A stretch of 51,466 bases of DNA, from assembly GCA_000434435.1 (NCBI GenBank), contig FR895540.1, forward strand, positions 1 through 51,466. The letters are read 5' to 3'. Made by a program: the position numbers and the translations under genes. Shown piece by piece: positions 1-8,859 of this stretch (positions are counted from its first letter, which is position 1; each line of letters begins with the position of its first letter). The stretch comes from Firmicutes bacterium CAG:475. GTDB taxonomy: Bacteria > Bacillota > Clostridia > Christensenellales > CAG-917. The notes beneath the pieces were generated by a model. That model saw nothing but the letters and a program-made list of their open reading frames with translations. It did no database searches and was not told where the DNA came from.

Positions 1-1978
1 CGCTCTTGCCGTCAACGAAAATTTCCGCGCTTCTGCCGGGATGCAGGAACGTCTTGTTTGCGCGAGCGTATTTTGCGTCGATATGCAGGGCTCTGAACAC
101 TTGCTCTATTGCGCCTTTAAGTTCGAAATAATCCGCACCGTCGCCGTATTCGCCGATGCAAAGTCTGCACTCTTCGTCGGGCAACTCTTCAAGCGGCAAG
201 CTCTTTGGCAAATAAACGTTTGCAACCTCGAAAAGCCTTGCGCTCTTGTTGAAGTGCGTGACGTTGTAAACAAGCGTTTCGATCATGCTGTGCACAAGCG
301 TAGTGCGCATCACGCTCAAAGCCTCGCCGAGCGGATTTTTGAGGCGGATAGCGTCTCTTGCTTTGTCGTTTTCATCGAGGTTCAAAAGTGACGCAAACTT
401 CGGAGAGGTGAAAGAATACGTCACGCTTTCCATAAGTCCGCAAGCCATAAGAGTGTCTTTTACGACGTTGATAAACTTGTTTTTGTCGGGAAGACCGCCC
501 TCTGCAAGCCCTGCAAATTCGAAGAGCGTTGGTTTGATGTGGGAGTAGCCGTACACGCGGATAAATTCCTCTGCGATGTCGTTGACGCCGACGATATCTT
601 CTCTGTCCTCTTTTACGAGCGCGACGAGTTGCTTGCCGTCTTGTTTGACTTGAATACCAAGTCTTGCAAGAATGGAAATAAGCGTGTTTTTAGGCACTTT
701 GCAACCGAGAATTTCTTGGATTTTCTTTGTCGTAAACGGGATTTCGCGCAATGATTGATAATCCACTTTGACGTCGATAAGTCCGTCGACGATATCACCC
801 GAACCGCTTTGATACACAAGCGTCAAAGCGCGTTTTATGCCGTACTCTTGCGATGCGAAATCAATGCCCTTTTCAAATCTTGCCGAACTGTCCGAACGCA
901 AATTGAGCGTGCGAGAAGTGCGACGTACGTTATCTCTTGCAAATTTTGCGGCTTCGAATACGACTTCGTTCGTATCGTCTTGAATACCGCTGTTTGCGCC
1001 GCCCATGATACCTGCAACCGCAACGGGGCTGTCGCTGTCGCAAATGACGAGCATACTTTCGTTGAGTTTGTTCTCTTTTCCGTCCAAAGTGACGATGGTT
1101 TCGCCGTCTTTTGCGTTTCTCACAACGATTTCGCCGCCGGTGAGTTCTCTCTTATCGAAAGAGTGCATCGGTTGACCGATTTCGATAAGCACGTAGTTTG
1201 TGATGTCCACGATGTTGTTTATCGGTCGAATCCCCACCGCTCTCAATCTCGATTTGATTTTTTGCGAGGACGGGAAAATCTTGATATTTTTCACGCCTGC
1301 CGCCATATATCTGGGGCAAAGTTCTTGATTTCGAACGTCTACGCTCACCATATCCGAAACGTTTACGCCGGGCAAAGTGACCTTATAGTCGATGACCGGT
1401 TCTCTGCAATCGGTGTTGAGTGCGACCGCAACTTCTTTTGCCATTTTGTAAATGCTGTTGCAATCGGGACGGTTTGCGGTGACGCTGACGTCGAGGATAA
1501 CGTCGTCGTAGCCCAGGGCTTTGAGTGCGTTTTGACCGAGAGCCGTACCCTCTGCAAAGCGGATAATATCGCCGGTTTTTTGATTTTGAACGTCGTCTTC
1601 CGTCACGCCCACTTCTTCGAGGCCGCAAAGCATACCTTCGCTCAAAACTCCGCGAAGCTCTCCTCTTTTTATGTCGTGACCGTCTGCAAGATGCGCTCCG
1701 TCAAGAGCAACGGCGATAGTTTCGCCGCCCTCGACGGGAACGTTGGTAACCACTTGAATGGTTTTTGTGCCGACGTCGATTTGAGTTACGCGCAAACGAT
1801 CTGCGTTGGGATGTTTTTCAACCTTGACGATTTTGCCCACGACGACGTTTGTCGCTTGATTTTCCTGATAAATAATATCTTCCACTTCAAAGCCGATTCC
1901 CACGAGTTTTTTTGCGAGAGTCGGGATCGAAACGTTGATGTCCACGTAGTCTTTAAGCCATGAAATAGGAACTAACAT
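1..1978 (-). CDS. pheT: phenylalanine--tRNA ligase beta subunit (partial; 3' end runs off the left edge)
   Basis: The reverse complement from 1978 reads ATG TTA GTT CCT... = MLVPISWLKDYVDINVSIPTLAKKLVGIGFEVEDII, a typical PheT N-terminus. A GGAGG SD lies 5 nt upstream and the gene directly follows the pheS stop at 1991. The ORF is missing from the track because it has no stop inside the window. The 402-aa plus-strand ORF 755..1963 is its antisense shadow. Confidence 0.85.
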   Translation of the reverse strand, partial: MLVPISWLKDYVDINVSIPTLAKKLVGIGFEVEDIIYQENQATNVVVGKIVKVEKHPNADRLRVTQIDVGTKTIQVVTNVPVEGGETIAVALDGAHLADGHDIKRGELRGVLSEGMLCGLEEVGVTEDDVQNQKTGDIIRFAEGTALGQNALKALGYDDVILDVSVTANRPDCNSIYKMAKEVAVALNTDCREPVIDYKVTLPGVNVSDMVSVDVRNQELCPRYMAAGVKNIKIFPSSQKIKSRLRAVGIRPINNIVDITNYVLIEIGQPMHSFDKRELTGGEIVVRNAKDGETIVTLDGKENKLNESMLVICDSDSPVAVAGIMGGANSGIQDDTNEVVFEAAKFARDNVRRTSRTLNLRSDSSARFEKGIDFASQEYGIKRALTLVYQSGSGDIVDGLIDVKVDYQSLREIPFTTKKIQEILGCKVPKNTLISILARLGIQVKQDGKQLVALVKEDREDIVGVNDIAEEFIRVYGYSHIKPTLFEFAGLAEGGLPDKNKFINVVKDTLMACGLMESVTYSFTSPKFASLLNLDENDKARDAIRLKNPLGEALSVMRTTLVHSMIETLVYNVTHFNKSARLFEVANVYLPKSLPLEELPDEECRLCIGEYGDGADYFELKGAIEQVFRALHIDAKYARANKTFLHPGRSAEIFVDGKS

Positions 1979-1990
1979 ATCGACGCCTCC

Positions 1991-3010
1991 TTAATTGAAT
2001 TGCTTGAGAAAACGCACGTCGTTTTCGTAGAGCATTTTGATGTTGGGAATACCGTATTTTATCATTGCGATACGGTCGATGCCGAATCCGAAAGCAAAAC
2101 CGCTGTATTCCTTGCTGTCGATGCCGCACATATCCAAAACGTGCGGATTTACGATGCCTGCTCCGAGGATTTCAACCCAGCCCGTACCCTTGCACACTCT
2201 GCAACCTTTGCCGTGGCACATCGAGCACGTTACGTCCACTTCGACGGACGGCTCCGTAAACGGGAAATAGGACGGACGAAGTCTGACTTTCGTATCTTTG
2301 GAGAAAAGTTTTTCCGCAAATGTTTGCAAGCAGCCTTGCAAATCGCCCATCGTGATGTGTTTGTCGATCGCAAGTCCTTCGAATTGATTGAAAATCGGGC
2401 TGTGTGATGCGTCGTCGTCGCTTCTGTACACTTTGCCGGGCGAGATTATGCGGATAGGCGGTGCGCCCGCTTGCATAACGCGCGCCTGAACTGCGGAGGT
2501 TTGCGTGCGAAGCACGATATTGTCGTTGATATAAAACGTGTCTTGCATGTCTCTTGCCGGATGGTCTTTCGGCACGTTGAGAAGTTGAAAGTTATAAAGG
2601 TCGCTTTCTATTTCCGGACCTTCGACAACCGAAAATCCCATACCCGAAAAGATATCCACAAGTTCTCGTGTGATGAGCGTGAGCGGATGCAAAGTGCCGA
2701 GATTTTCACGATTCGAGGGCAAAGTAACGTCGATTTCTTCCGCTTTCAGACGAGCAAGTTTTTCTTGTTCTTCCACAAGTTGCGTCTTTTGGTTGAGAAC
2801 ACTCTCCACCGCCGTGCGCAATTCGTTGACAAGTTTGCCCATAACCGGACGTTCCTCTTTGGGTACGTTTGCCATATCTCTCATAAGAAGAGAGATTTCA
2901 CCGCTTTTGCCGAGATATTTGACTCTTACGTCATTGAGATCTTGCGACGTTTGAGCTTTCTCGATCATTTCAAGAGCGGCGTTTTTGATAGCGTCCATTT
3001 TTTCTTTCAT
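1991..3010 (-). CDS. pheS: phenylalanine--tRNA ligase alpha subunit
   Basis: The ORF 1991..3034 translation has class-II aaRS PheS hallmarks (HPARDMQDTFY, FRxxxDxTHxPxFxQxEG-like FNQFEGL, GFAFGxGxDRxAM). The likely true start is MKEKMD at 3010, preceded by AGGAG. Confidence 0.95.
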   Translation of the reverse strand: MKEKMDAIKNAALEMIEKAQTSQDLNDVRVKYLGKSGEISLLMRDMANVPKEERPVMGKLVNELRTAVESVLNQKTQLVEEQEKLARLKAEEIDVTLPSNRENLGTLHPLTLITRELVDIFSGMGFSVVEGPEIESDLYNFQLLNVPKDHPARDMQDTFYINDNIVLRTQTSAVQARVMQAGAPPIRIISPGKVYRSDDDASHSPIFNQFEGLAIDKHITMGDLQGCLQTFAEKLFSKDTKVRLRPSYFPFTEPSVEVDVTCSMCHGKGCRVCKGTGWVEILGAGIVNPHVLDMCGIDSKEYSGFAFGFGIDRIAMIKYGIPNIKMLYENDVRFLKQFN

Positions 3011-3026
3011 AAAAACTCCTAAAAAT

Positions 3027-3095
3027 GCACGCATACGTGTATACGCGTGCGATAATTATACTTAAAATAATATCAACATAATATCGATAAGTCAA
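3027..3095 (-). promoter_or_regulatory. putative pheST promoter (TTGACT-17-TATTAT) plus a terminator-like leader hairpin abutting the SD
   Basis: On the minus strand, the -35 TTGACT is at 3095..3090, the spacer is 17 nt, and the -10 TATTAT is at 3072..3067. The leader hairpin GCACGC..GCGUGC (3050..3027) is followed by AUUUUUAGGAG and the ATG. Confidence 0.35.
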
Positions 3096-3204
3096 CAAAT
3101 TGTGCCAAAACGTCGCAAAAAGAGCAAAAAATGCGGTTTTCGGCAGCATTTTTGCAAGAGTTAAGCAAATTTTTGCATAGGCATATGACGGACTTCTACG
3201 ACGT

Positions 3205-4638
3205 TCAGTCTTTGACAATCACGGTTACGTCAAGAGGTTTCTTTGCCAGCCTTATAAACTTTGTCCCTTCGACTTTGGTGTTTCCTAGATATATCTTCGT
3301 ATCATCACCGCGCATTATATGCATTGTGTGCGTTGTGCCTGCGTTTTCAAAAACGACGTCGGCTTTAAGAATGTTTTTCGGCAAATGCGGACAAATACGC
3401 AAAACTTCATTTGTAGTCGAAATGCCGAAATTTAGGTTTTCAAATTTGTATATCGGTTCAAAACTATTCTCAAAATCAATAATTTTTGAAATACTTTTGT
3501 TAGATTTGTTTTTTTTATCACTGAAAAACACTCTCATAAAAAAATCGGAATTCAACGCGGCGGCAAGCATCGCAATATCTTTTTTATGCGAGATTATGCA
3601 AAGCTCTTTATCGAACAAATCGACCTTTTTCACCTTGCTATGCCCTGCCGACGCGCTTTGCATATATTTTTCGACTCTGATGGCATACATAAACTCGTCG
3701 AGGTTTTCCTTATCGCTCAATGCGCTCGCAACACCCAAAAACGCCGATTTTTGATTTTCCGTCGCATTTGAAAAAGACGAGAACTTGTCGTATATTTCAA
3801 GCGGCGAATAGTATCTTGAAAAGTCGAAACACAAAACACTCCGTATGCTGTCGATCACTCTTGCATACGTGGTGTAAAGTCCGTCCATTACGCCTTCGAG
3901 AGTTCCCTTGTTCGTTTTGTTGTAGTTTGCCTCTATCATGCAAAGTTCCAAAAATAGCTTAGACTTTACGAAACTTTTGATTTTTTTGCTGTTTTGCAGC
4001 GAGAAACTGTCATTGACATACTTCTTTGCTAATTTGCAAACCTTCGCAATCGTCTTTAAATTTTCAAAAATATAGTACGTTTTTTCGAGGATTGCATACA
4101 AAAACGCTTCTTTCATAGTTGACATTTCAACGTAAGTGAGTGTTTTACGCTTGTTTTGTTCGTTGACGAGGATTCTGAATCTGTCCTCGGTAAATATCCA
4201 TCCGCTTGACGACATGCAAAGTTTTGCAAGCAAAACCGAGCGCGGAGTTTGATTTATCGACGGTGCGTCGCAAAGGCAAGAAAAATCTATTTTGCAAAGC
4301 TGTTCGATTGCTTGTTTATCCTCGCAAAAATCGGCAAATATTCCCTTGTACTTTTTTTGTTTTAAGAGAAAAATATTCGTTTTTATGTGCCTTTTGAAAA
4401 ATTTGTCGTTTATTTGACTTGTTTTTTTTGGAATCGGCGTATCCAAAACGAACGCCTTGCATTTTTCAAGGTATCTCTTTTCGTCGAGTGTTGCCTGCCA
4501 CTCCTCTTTCGGCTTTTTTTTGACGATGAAATATACTATCAAAAATGCCGAAACAACGATTATCGTCAGTGCGTACGCCATATCGGAATTATTGCCAAAA
4601 GCGCGAAATTTAGTATCTAAATACGCAATTGTGCGCAC
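3205..4638 (-). CDS. hypothetical protein with an N-terminal transmembrane anchor; no family recognised
   Basis: This is a 477-aa ORF with one TM helix (AYALTIIVVSAFLIVYFIV followed by KKKPKEEW). It is clearly more AT-rich and K/N/F/I-rich than all neighbouring genes. The start is uncertain (GTG at 4638 or ATG at 4581), and neither has a good SD. Confidence 0.6.
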   Translation of the reverse strand: MRTIAYLDTKFRAFGNNSDMAYALTIIVVSAFLIVYFIVKKKPKEEWQATLDEKRYLEKCKAFVLDTPIPKKTSQINDKFFKRHIKTNIFLLKQKKYKGIFADFCEDKQAIEQLCKIDFSCLCDAPSINQTPRSVLLAKLCMSSSGWIFTEDRFRILVNEQNKRKTLTYVEMSTMKEAFLYAILEKTYYIFENLKTIAKVCKLAKKYVNDSFSLQNSKKIKSFVKSKLFLELCMIEANYNKTNKGTLEGVMDGLYTTYARVIDSIRSVLCFDFSRYYSPLEIYDKFSSFSNATENQKSAFLGVASALSDKENLDEFMYAIRVEKYMQSASAGHSKVKKVDLFDKELCIISHKKDIAMLAAALNSDFFMRVFFSDKKNKSNKSISKIIDFENSFEPIYKFENLNFGISTTNEVLRICPHLPKNILKADVVFENAGTTHTMHIMRGDDTKIYLGNTKVEGTKFIRLAKKPLDVTVIVKD

Positions 4639-4654
4639 TAATTTGAAAAAACGA

Positions 4655-4683
4655 TTGCATAATTTTGCCGATTGTGATTTAAT
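4655..4683 (+). promoter_or_regulatory. putative rnpB promoter (TTGCAT-17-TTTAAT)
   Basis: The -35 is at 4655..4660, the spacer is 17 nt, and the -10 is at 4678..4683. This places the TSS about 4689-4691, at the first nucleotides of the P1 helix of the RNase P RNA. Confidence 0.4.
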
Positions 4684-4688
4684 TTAAA

Positions 4689-5012
4689 CGCGAGTTAGCC
4701 GGACGGTCGCATGAAATATTTGAGGAAAGTCCGAGCATCACAGGGCATGGGTGCCGGGTAACTCCCGGTGAAGGCGACTTCAAGGACAGTGCAACAGAAA
4801 AAAACCGCCGCATTTGCGGTAAGGATGGAAAGGCGAGGTAAGAGCTCACCCGCAATTTGGCAACAATGCGCGATGTAAACCCCACTCGATGCAAGATCGG
4901 GAGCATAAAAAGTGGCCCGCAAGCTCCCCACATCGCTTGAGGCGTGCAGAAATGTACGTCCTAGATAGATGACCGTTCAAGACAGAACTCGGCTTACAGA
5001 CTAATCTCGCAT
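4689..5012 (+). ncRNA. rnpB: RNase P RNA (bacterial, type-A-like)
   Basis: The universal P4 motifs GAGGAAAGUCCGAGC (about 4721-4735) and ACAGAACUCGGCUUACAG (about 4982-4999) are present, along with GGGUGCCGGGUAACUCCCGG and AGUGCAACAGAAA. The 5' GCGAGUUAG and 3' CUAAUCUCGC can form P1. The ORFs called here (4679..4933, 4695..4931, 4846..5106) are spurious. Confidence 0.88.
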
Positions 5013-5015
5013 ATG

Positions 5016-5046
5016 AAAAAGGAAGGCGCAAGAGCCTTCCTTTTTC
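5016..5046. terminator. bidirectional intrinsic terminator (ends rnpB on + and recN on -)
   Basis: The sequence is AAAAA GGAAGGC gcaaga GCCTTCC TTTTT, a perfect 7-bp GC-rich stem flanked by A and T runs. Confidence 0.75.
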
Positions 5047-5113
5047 TATAAAATCATTGATTAATTTGCAAATTTGACGGGAAATTTGTTCAAAAGCAAG
5101 ATGCAACGAGAAA

Positions 5114-6808
5114 TTATTTTATCAACGAATCTTTGTATCTTTGCGCGTTTGCTTTCATTTCCTTTGCGTGCGGCACTGCGTAAATCGAATAATCGTTTCC
5201 GCCGATGAGGCGCGCAACTTCGTCCGTGTCGTCTTGAAGCAAGTCCACGTGCGTGAGCGTTTTGCCGTTTTGAGTGGATTTGGAGATAAGATAGTGATTG
5301 TCCGCCATTGCTGCAAGCGACGGCATATGCGTGACTGCAATAACTTGTCTTGCGCGCGAAATATTGCACATTTTTTCGGACACGACTTGCGATATATTGC
5401 CCGAAATTCCGGTGTCTATCTCGTCGAACACCATAGTGCCGATGTCGTCGACGCCTGCGAGAATATTTTTGAATGCAAGCATAAATCTTGACATTTCACC
5501 GCCCGAAATTATCTTTGCAAGCGGTTTCAACGGTTCCCCGACATTTGGCGAAATCATAAATTCAACGCTATCCATACCGTTTGCGGATATATCGTCCACG
5601 TCCTCGGATTTTTGTATGTCAACTTTGAAAGTCGAACCGCCCATACCCAAGTCGCAAAGTTCTTTCGTGATGTCTTTTTCAAACTTATCCGCAACTTTTC
5701 GTCTTTCCTCGGACAGTTTTTTTGCACTGACAAGCAAATCTTTTGCCGCTTTTTCAATCTCTTTTTCAAGCTCTTCGACGCGTTCGGTTGCGTTTGAAAG
5801 CATTTGAGCTTCATTCACCGCTTCTTCGTAAAAACGTTGCAAACTCTCGAAACTTCCGCCGTATTTACGCAAAATATTGCGCACAACTTCGAGTCTTTCT
5901 TCGATTTTATCTGCCGAACGCGAATCGAAATCGAGTTTTTGAAGCATATCCGACAGCGTTTCGCTTATGTCGGTAATCTCGACTTTGCACGAATCCAGTC
6001 TGTCCGCAATGGGTTCGATGCTTTCGTCGTACGAAGAAATCGTATTGAGCAACGCAACGGAATTCTTAATCGACGCACTCACGCTTTGCGAATCGTATCC
6101 GTCAAGCAAGTTTTTTGCGCCTTCGAGTGCGGATATGATTTTTTCCATGTTGCGAATACGCTTGCGTGCGGTCAAAAGCTCGTCCTCTTCACCGTCTTTT
6201 ACGTCCGCTTTTTCGATTTCGTCGATTTGGAAATTCAAAATATCCAGTTTTCTTTCTCTTTCGTCGCTGTTGCCGAAACGTGCAAACTCTCTTTTCAAAG
6301 ACGTATATTGCTTATAATCGTTTTCGACGTCCTCTTTGAGCTTCGCAATTTTCTTTTCGCCCAACTTATCGATAAGCGTCACGTGATTTGCGCTCTTCAA
6401 AAGCGACTGATGCTCGTGCTGACCGTGAATATCGACAAGCAATTCCGTAAGACCTTTGAGCGTCGAAAGCGTGGAAATTCTACCGTTTATTCTGCACTCG
6501 TTTTTGCCGTCAACGCTCATTTTTCGGCGGAGCACCAGCACGTCTTCGCGCTCTATGCCCAAATCTTCGAGATATGCGTCAACCGCCGGTGTGTCGTAAT
6601 CTTCAAAAACAGCTTCAACGCTTGCCTTGTCGGTGCCGAAGCGGATGAGAGATTTGTCCGCGCGCTCGCCCAAAACGAAATTGAGCGAGTCTATGATGAT
6701 AGACTTGCCCGCGCCCGTTTCACCGCTCAAAATGTTCAAACCGTCTTTGAGTTCGAGCGACAGTTTGCAAATGAGCGCAATGTTTTCGATTGAAAGTTGA
6801 CAAAGCAT
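5114..6808 (-). CDS. recN: DNA repair protein RecN
   Basis: The 564-aa product has an N-terminal SMC-like Walker A (SGETGAGKSIIIDSL), a long coiled-coil middle and a C-terminal signature (ISGGEMSRFMLA, FDEIDTGISG). It follows argR, as in Bacillus. Confidence 0.95.
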   Translation of the reverse strand: MLCQLSIENIALICKLSLELKDGLNILSGETGAGKSIIIDSLNFVLGERADKSLIRFGTDKASVEAVFEDYDTPAVDAYLEDLGIEREDVLVLRRKMSVDGKNECRINGRISTLSTLKGLTELLVDIHGQHEHQSLLKSANHVTLIDKLGEKKIAKLKEDVENDYKQYTSLKREFARFGNSDERERKLDILNFQIDEIEKADVKDGEEDELLTARKRIRNMEKIISALEGAKNLLDGYDSQSVSASIKNSVALLNTISSYDESIEPIADRLDSCKVEITDISETLSDMLQKLDFDSRSADKIEERLEVVRNILRKYGGSFESLQRFYEEAVNEAQMLSNATERVEELEKEIEKAAKDLLVSAKKLSEERRKVADKFEKDITKELCDLGMGGSTFKVDIQKSEDVDDISANGMDSVEFMISPNVGEPLKPLAKIISGGEMSRFMLAFKNILAGVDDIGTMVFDEIDTGISGNISQVVSEKMCNISRARQVIAVTHMPSLAAMADNHYLISKSTQNGKTLTHVDLLQDDTDEVARLIGGNDYSIYAVPHAKEMKANAQRYKDSLIK

Positions 6809-6852
6809 ATTTCACCGCCTTTGATACAAAGTATCAAAAAGCACTATAAATT

Positions 6853-7326
6853 TCAGTTGAAAAGTCTGTTTGCTTCAAGCAAATCTTCAAGACGTCTGCG
6901 GATGGTGTCCACGTGATCAAGTCCGTCCACCGCAACGAAAATCGTGTTGTCACCCGCGATAACACCCAAAACTTCGTCATAAGAAAGTTTGTCGATAAGT
7001 TCCGCCGCAGGCCCTGCGCTACCCGCTTCCGTTTTGAGCACGATGAGGTTGCCCGAACTCTTTATCGAGATGACGGTGTTTTTGAACATGCTCAAAAATT
7101 TGTCCGCAGCGGTTGCTTCTTTGGTTTGTTGAGCGGCGTATTTATAATGTCTGCCGTCGCTTGAAAGGGTTTTTATAATGCCCATTTCCTTGATGTCGCG
7201 CGACACGGTTGCTTGCGTAACCGCAAAACCTTCACTGCGGAGATAATCCACAAGTTCTTCTTGCGTGTCGACGTCGTGCTTGGAAATGATGTCCAAAATT
7301 TTGAGTTGTCTGTTTGCTCTTGCCAT
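6853..7326 (-). CDS. argR: arginine repressor ArgR/AhrC
   Basis: The N-terminus is a winged helix (RQLKILDIISKHDVDTQEELVDYLRSEGFAVTQATVSRDIKE) and the C-terminus is the oligomerisation domain (GDNTIFV). The likely start is MARANRQ at 7326, which removes the overlap with nadK. Confidence 0.9.
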   Translation of the reverse strand: MARANRQLKILDIISKHDVDTQEELVDYLRSEGFAVTQATVSRDIKEMGIIKTLSSDGRHYKYAAQQTKEATAADKFLSMFKNTVISIKSSGNLIVLKTEAGSAGPAAELIDKLSYDEVLGVIAGDNTIFVAVDGLDHVDTIRRRLEDLLEANRLFN

Positions 7327-7336
7327 AGTTTTTACC

Positions 7337-8140
7337 TTATCCTCTGGGATCAACCGATCCCCATCTGTTCATTTTATTGAGGAGTTTTTTGTAGAAATTG
7401 TCCTCTTTAACTGCCAAAAATTTGATATATTTGGCGGATTTTTCAATAGTAATGCACTTATCGCCCGATATATTTGCGATATTTTCACCGTCTGCGCAAA
7501 GGGTTGCGATTTCGCTCTTTGCAAGCTGGAGTCGGATTTTCGAATTTGAATTTACGACAAGCGGACGAGAATGAAGCGAGTGTGCGCAAATCGGGATTAT
7601 GACGATAGCGTCAACGTCGGGAGCGAGCACCGGTCCGCCCGCCGAAAGCGAGTATGCGGTCGAACCCGTTGGAGACGAAACGATTGCGCCGTCGCTGTGA
7701 TAGGAGTCGACAAACTTTCCGTCAACGTACACGTCGATAAACACCGGGCGAGAAGTTGCGCTTTTAAGCACGATTTCGTTCAGAGCCGTATCGTGCAAAT
7801 CGTCGCAGTCTACTTCGAGCGTCATTCTCTTGTCGAATTTACCGTCGTTTATCGCATTGAGTATATCTTCGATTGCGCAATCTTTTTCAAATTGAGTCAA
7901 AAAGCCGAGATTGCCGCCGTTTATTCCTGTTACGATAACGTCGTCCCCGACGTTTTTCACGGCCTCCAAAACGGTGCCGTCCCCACCGAAAACTATGAGA
8001 TTTTTGCAATCTTGAGGCACGTCTTTTCCGCTGTTTACTATGCATACGCCAAAATCGTCGCTTTGCTTTATAGCGGCAACGAACATATCCTTTTCGGGTG
8101 AAGATTCAGCTTTTGTAAGAATAGCAATTTTGGTTTTCAT
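7337..8140 (-). CDS. nadK: NAD+ kinase
   Basis: The GGDGT motif (VFGGDGTVLEA) and the NGGNLGFL and SSPTGSTAYSLSAGGP motifs are present. The likely start is MKTKIAIL at 8140, within the longer ORF 7337..8191. Confidence 0.9.
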   Translation of the reverse strand: MKTKIAILTKAESSPEKDMFVAAIKQSDDFGVCIVNSGKDVPQDCKNLIVFGGDGTVLEAVKNVGDDVIVTGINGGNLGFLTQFEKDCAIEDILNAINDGKFDKRMTLEVDCDDLHDTALNEIVLKSATSRPVFIDVYVDGKFVDSYHSDGAIVSSPTGSTAYSLSAGGPVLAPDVDAIVIIPICAHSLHSRPLVVNSNSKIRLQLAKSEIATLCADGENIANISGDKCITIEKSAKYIKFLAVKEDNFYKKLLNKMNRWGSVDPRG

Positions 8141-8387
8141 AATTATATGAATTATACAACATACGCAAGGTTTATTCAAGTGTAAACACAATTTTTATTA
8201 AAAAATTGTATAAATCATACGTTTCTATACAATATGCAAAAATTTTAGGCAGCACAATCAAATCATATCAAGCGATATGTTATCGGTTTTTATCACATTT
8301 ATTGAAAATATACAGAAATTTTCCGACCGGTTTCGTATCTACCCCAAAACTCAATTTCGGCGTATCGATTGACATATTCGCATTGTT

Positions 8388-8717
8388 TTGTATAATAAAA
8401 ATATGATTCAAACCATTCTTGCCATTTCGGAATTTGCAACCAAACTCGTCGCAGGACTTTCCGGCGTCGTTTTCGGCGCGTTGATTTTGGGGCTTGTCGT
8501 CGGTGCAAAAAACAAAAAACCGAAAGATATCAACCCAGAAGAGCTCAAACGAAAAGCAAAAGAGCAACCTGTCGAGGAAGAAAAAGCGACGAAGAAATCT
8601 AAAAAATCCAAAGTGGACAAGCAAGACAAAATCGACGGCAAAGATAAGGTCGAAGATGCAACCGAGGCTAACTCAAAGGAACAAAACGACAATCAAAATT
8701 CATCCGAAAATAAATAA
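8388..8717 (+). CDS. small membrane protein with a lysine/glutamate-rich tail (hypothetical)
   Basis: The 109-aa ORF (or a start at MIQTIL, 8403) has one TM helix (LSGVVFGALILGLVVGA) followed by a K/E/D-rich tail. A clean intrinsic terminator follows directly. It runs opposite to the surrounding operon. Confidence 0.5.
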   Translation: MYNKNMIQTILAISEFATKLVAGLSGVVFGALILGLVVGAKNKKPKDINPEELKRKAKEQPVEEEKATKKSKKSKVDKQDKIDGKDKVEDATEANSKEQNDNQNSSENK

Positions 8718-8718
8718 A

Positions 8719-8744
8719 AGACACGCAAAGCGCGTGTTTTTTTA
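8719..8744 (+). terminator. intrinsic terminator
   Basis: The sequence is ACACGC aaagc GCGTGT followed by TTTTTTT, immediately after the stop at 8717. Confidence 0.7.
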
Positions 8745-8859
8745 TTAAGTCTTTTCGCTTGGTTACAAATTATATATCACGTGACATTTTGAAAATAAAC
8801 GACGGTTTACAATTATTTTTCCGATAATCGAACGTTGATTTTGTTAGTCCTCGCAATTT

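Noticed and set aside
755-1963. A 402-aa plus-strand ORF lies at the left edge.
   Set aside because: It is the antisense shadow of pheT. The minus strand encodes a textbook PheT N-terminus starting at 1978. The same reasoning rejects the other long antisense ORFs inside well-supported minus-strand genes: 5804..6793, 13818..14702, 20803..22233, 22765..23700, 24090..24872, 27901..29001, 29828..30775, 39721..40551 and 46832..47734. It also rejects 37008..37772, which is antisense to the plus-strand corC-like gene.
3011-3204. I looked for a T-box riboswitch upstream of pheS.
   Set aside because: There is no GGGUGGUACCGCG-like T-box sequence or specifier-loop architecture on the minus strand, and the predicted leader is too short. 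It is reported as an anomaly rather than as a T-box feature.
8206-8624. Small ORFs (8206..8406 +, 8280..8624 -, 8299..8508 -) lie around the nadK upstream region.
   Set aside because: They overlap the better-supported plus-strand 8388..8717 gene or the promoter region, and none has an SD or a recognisable motif.
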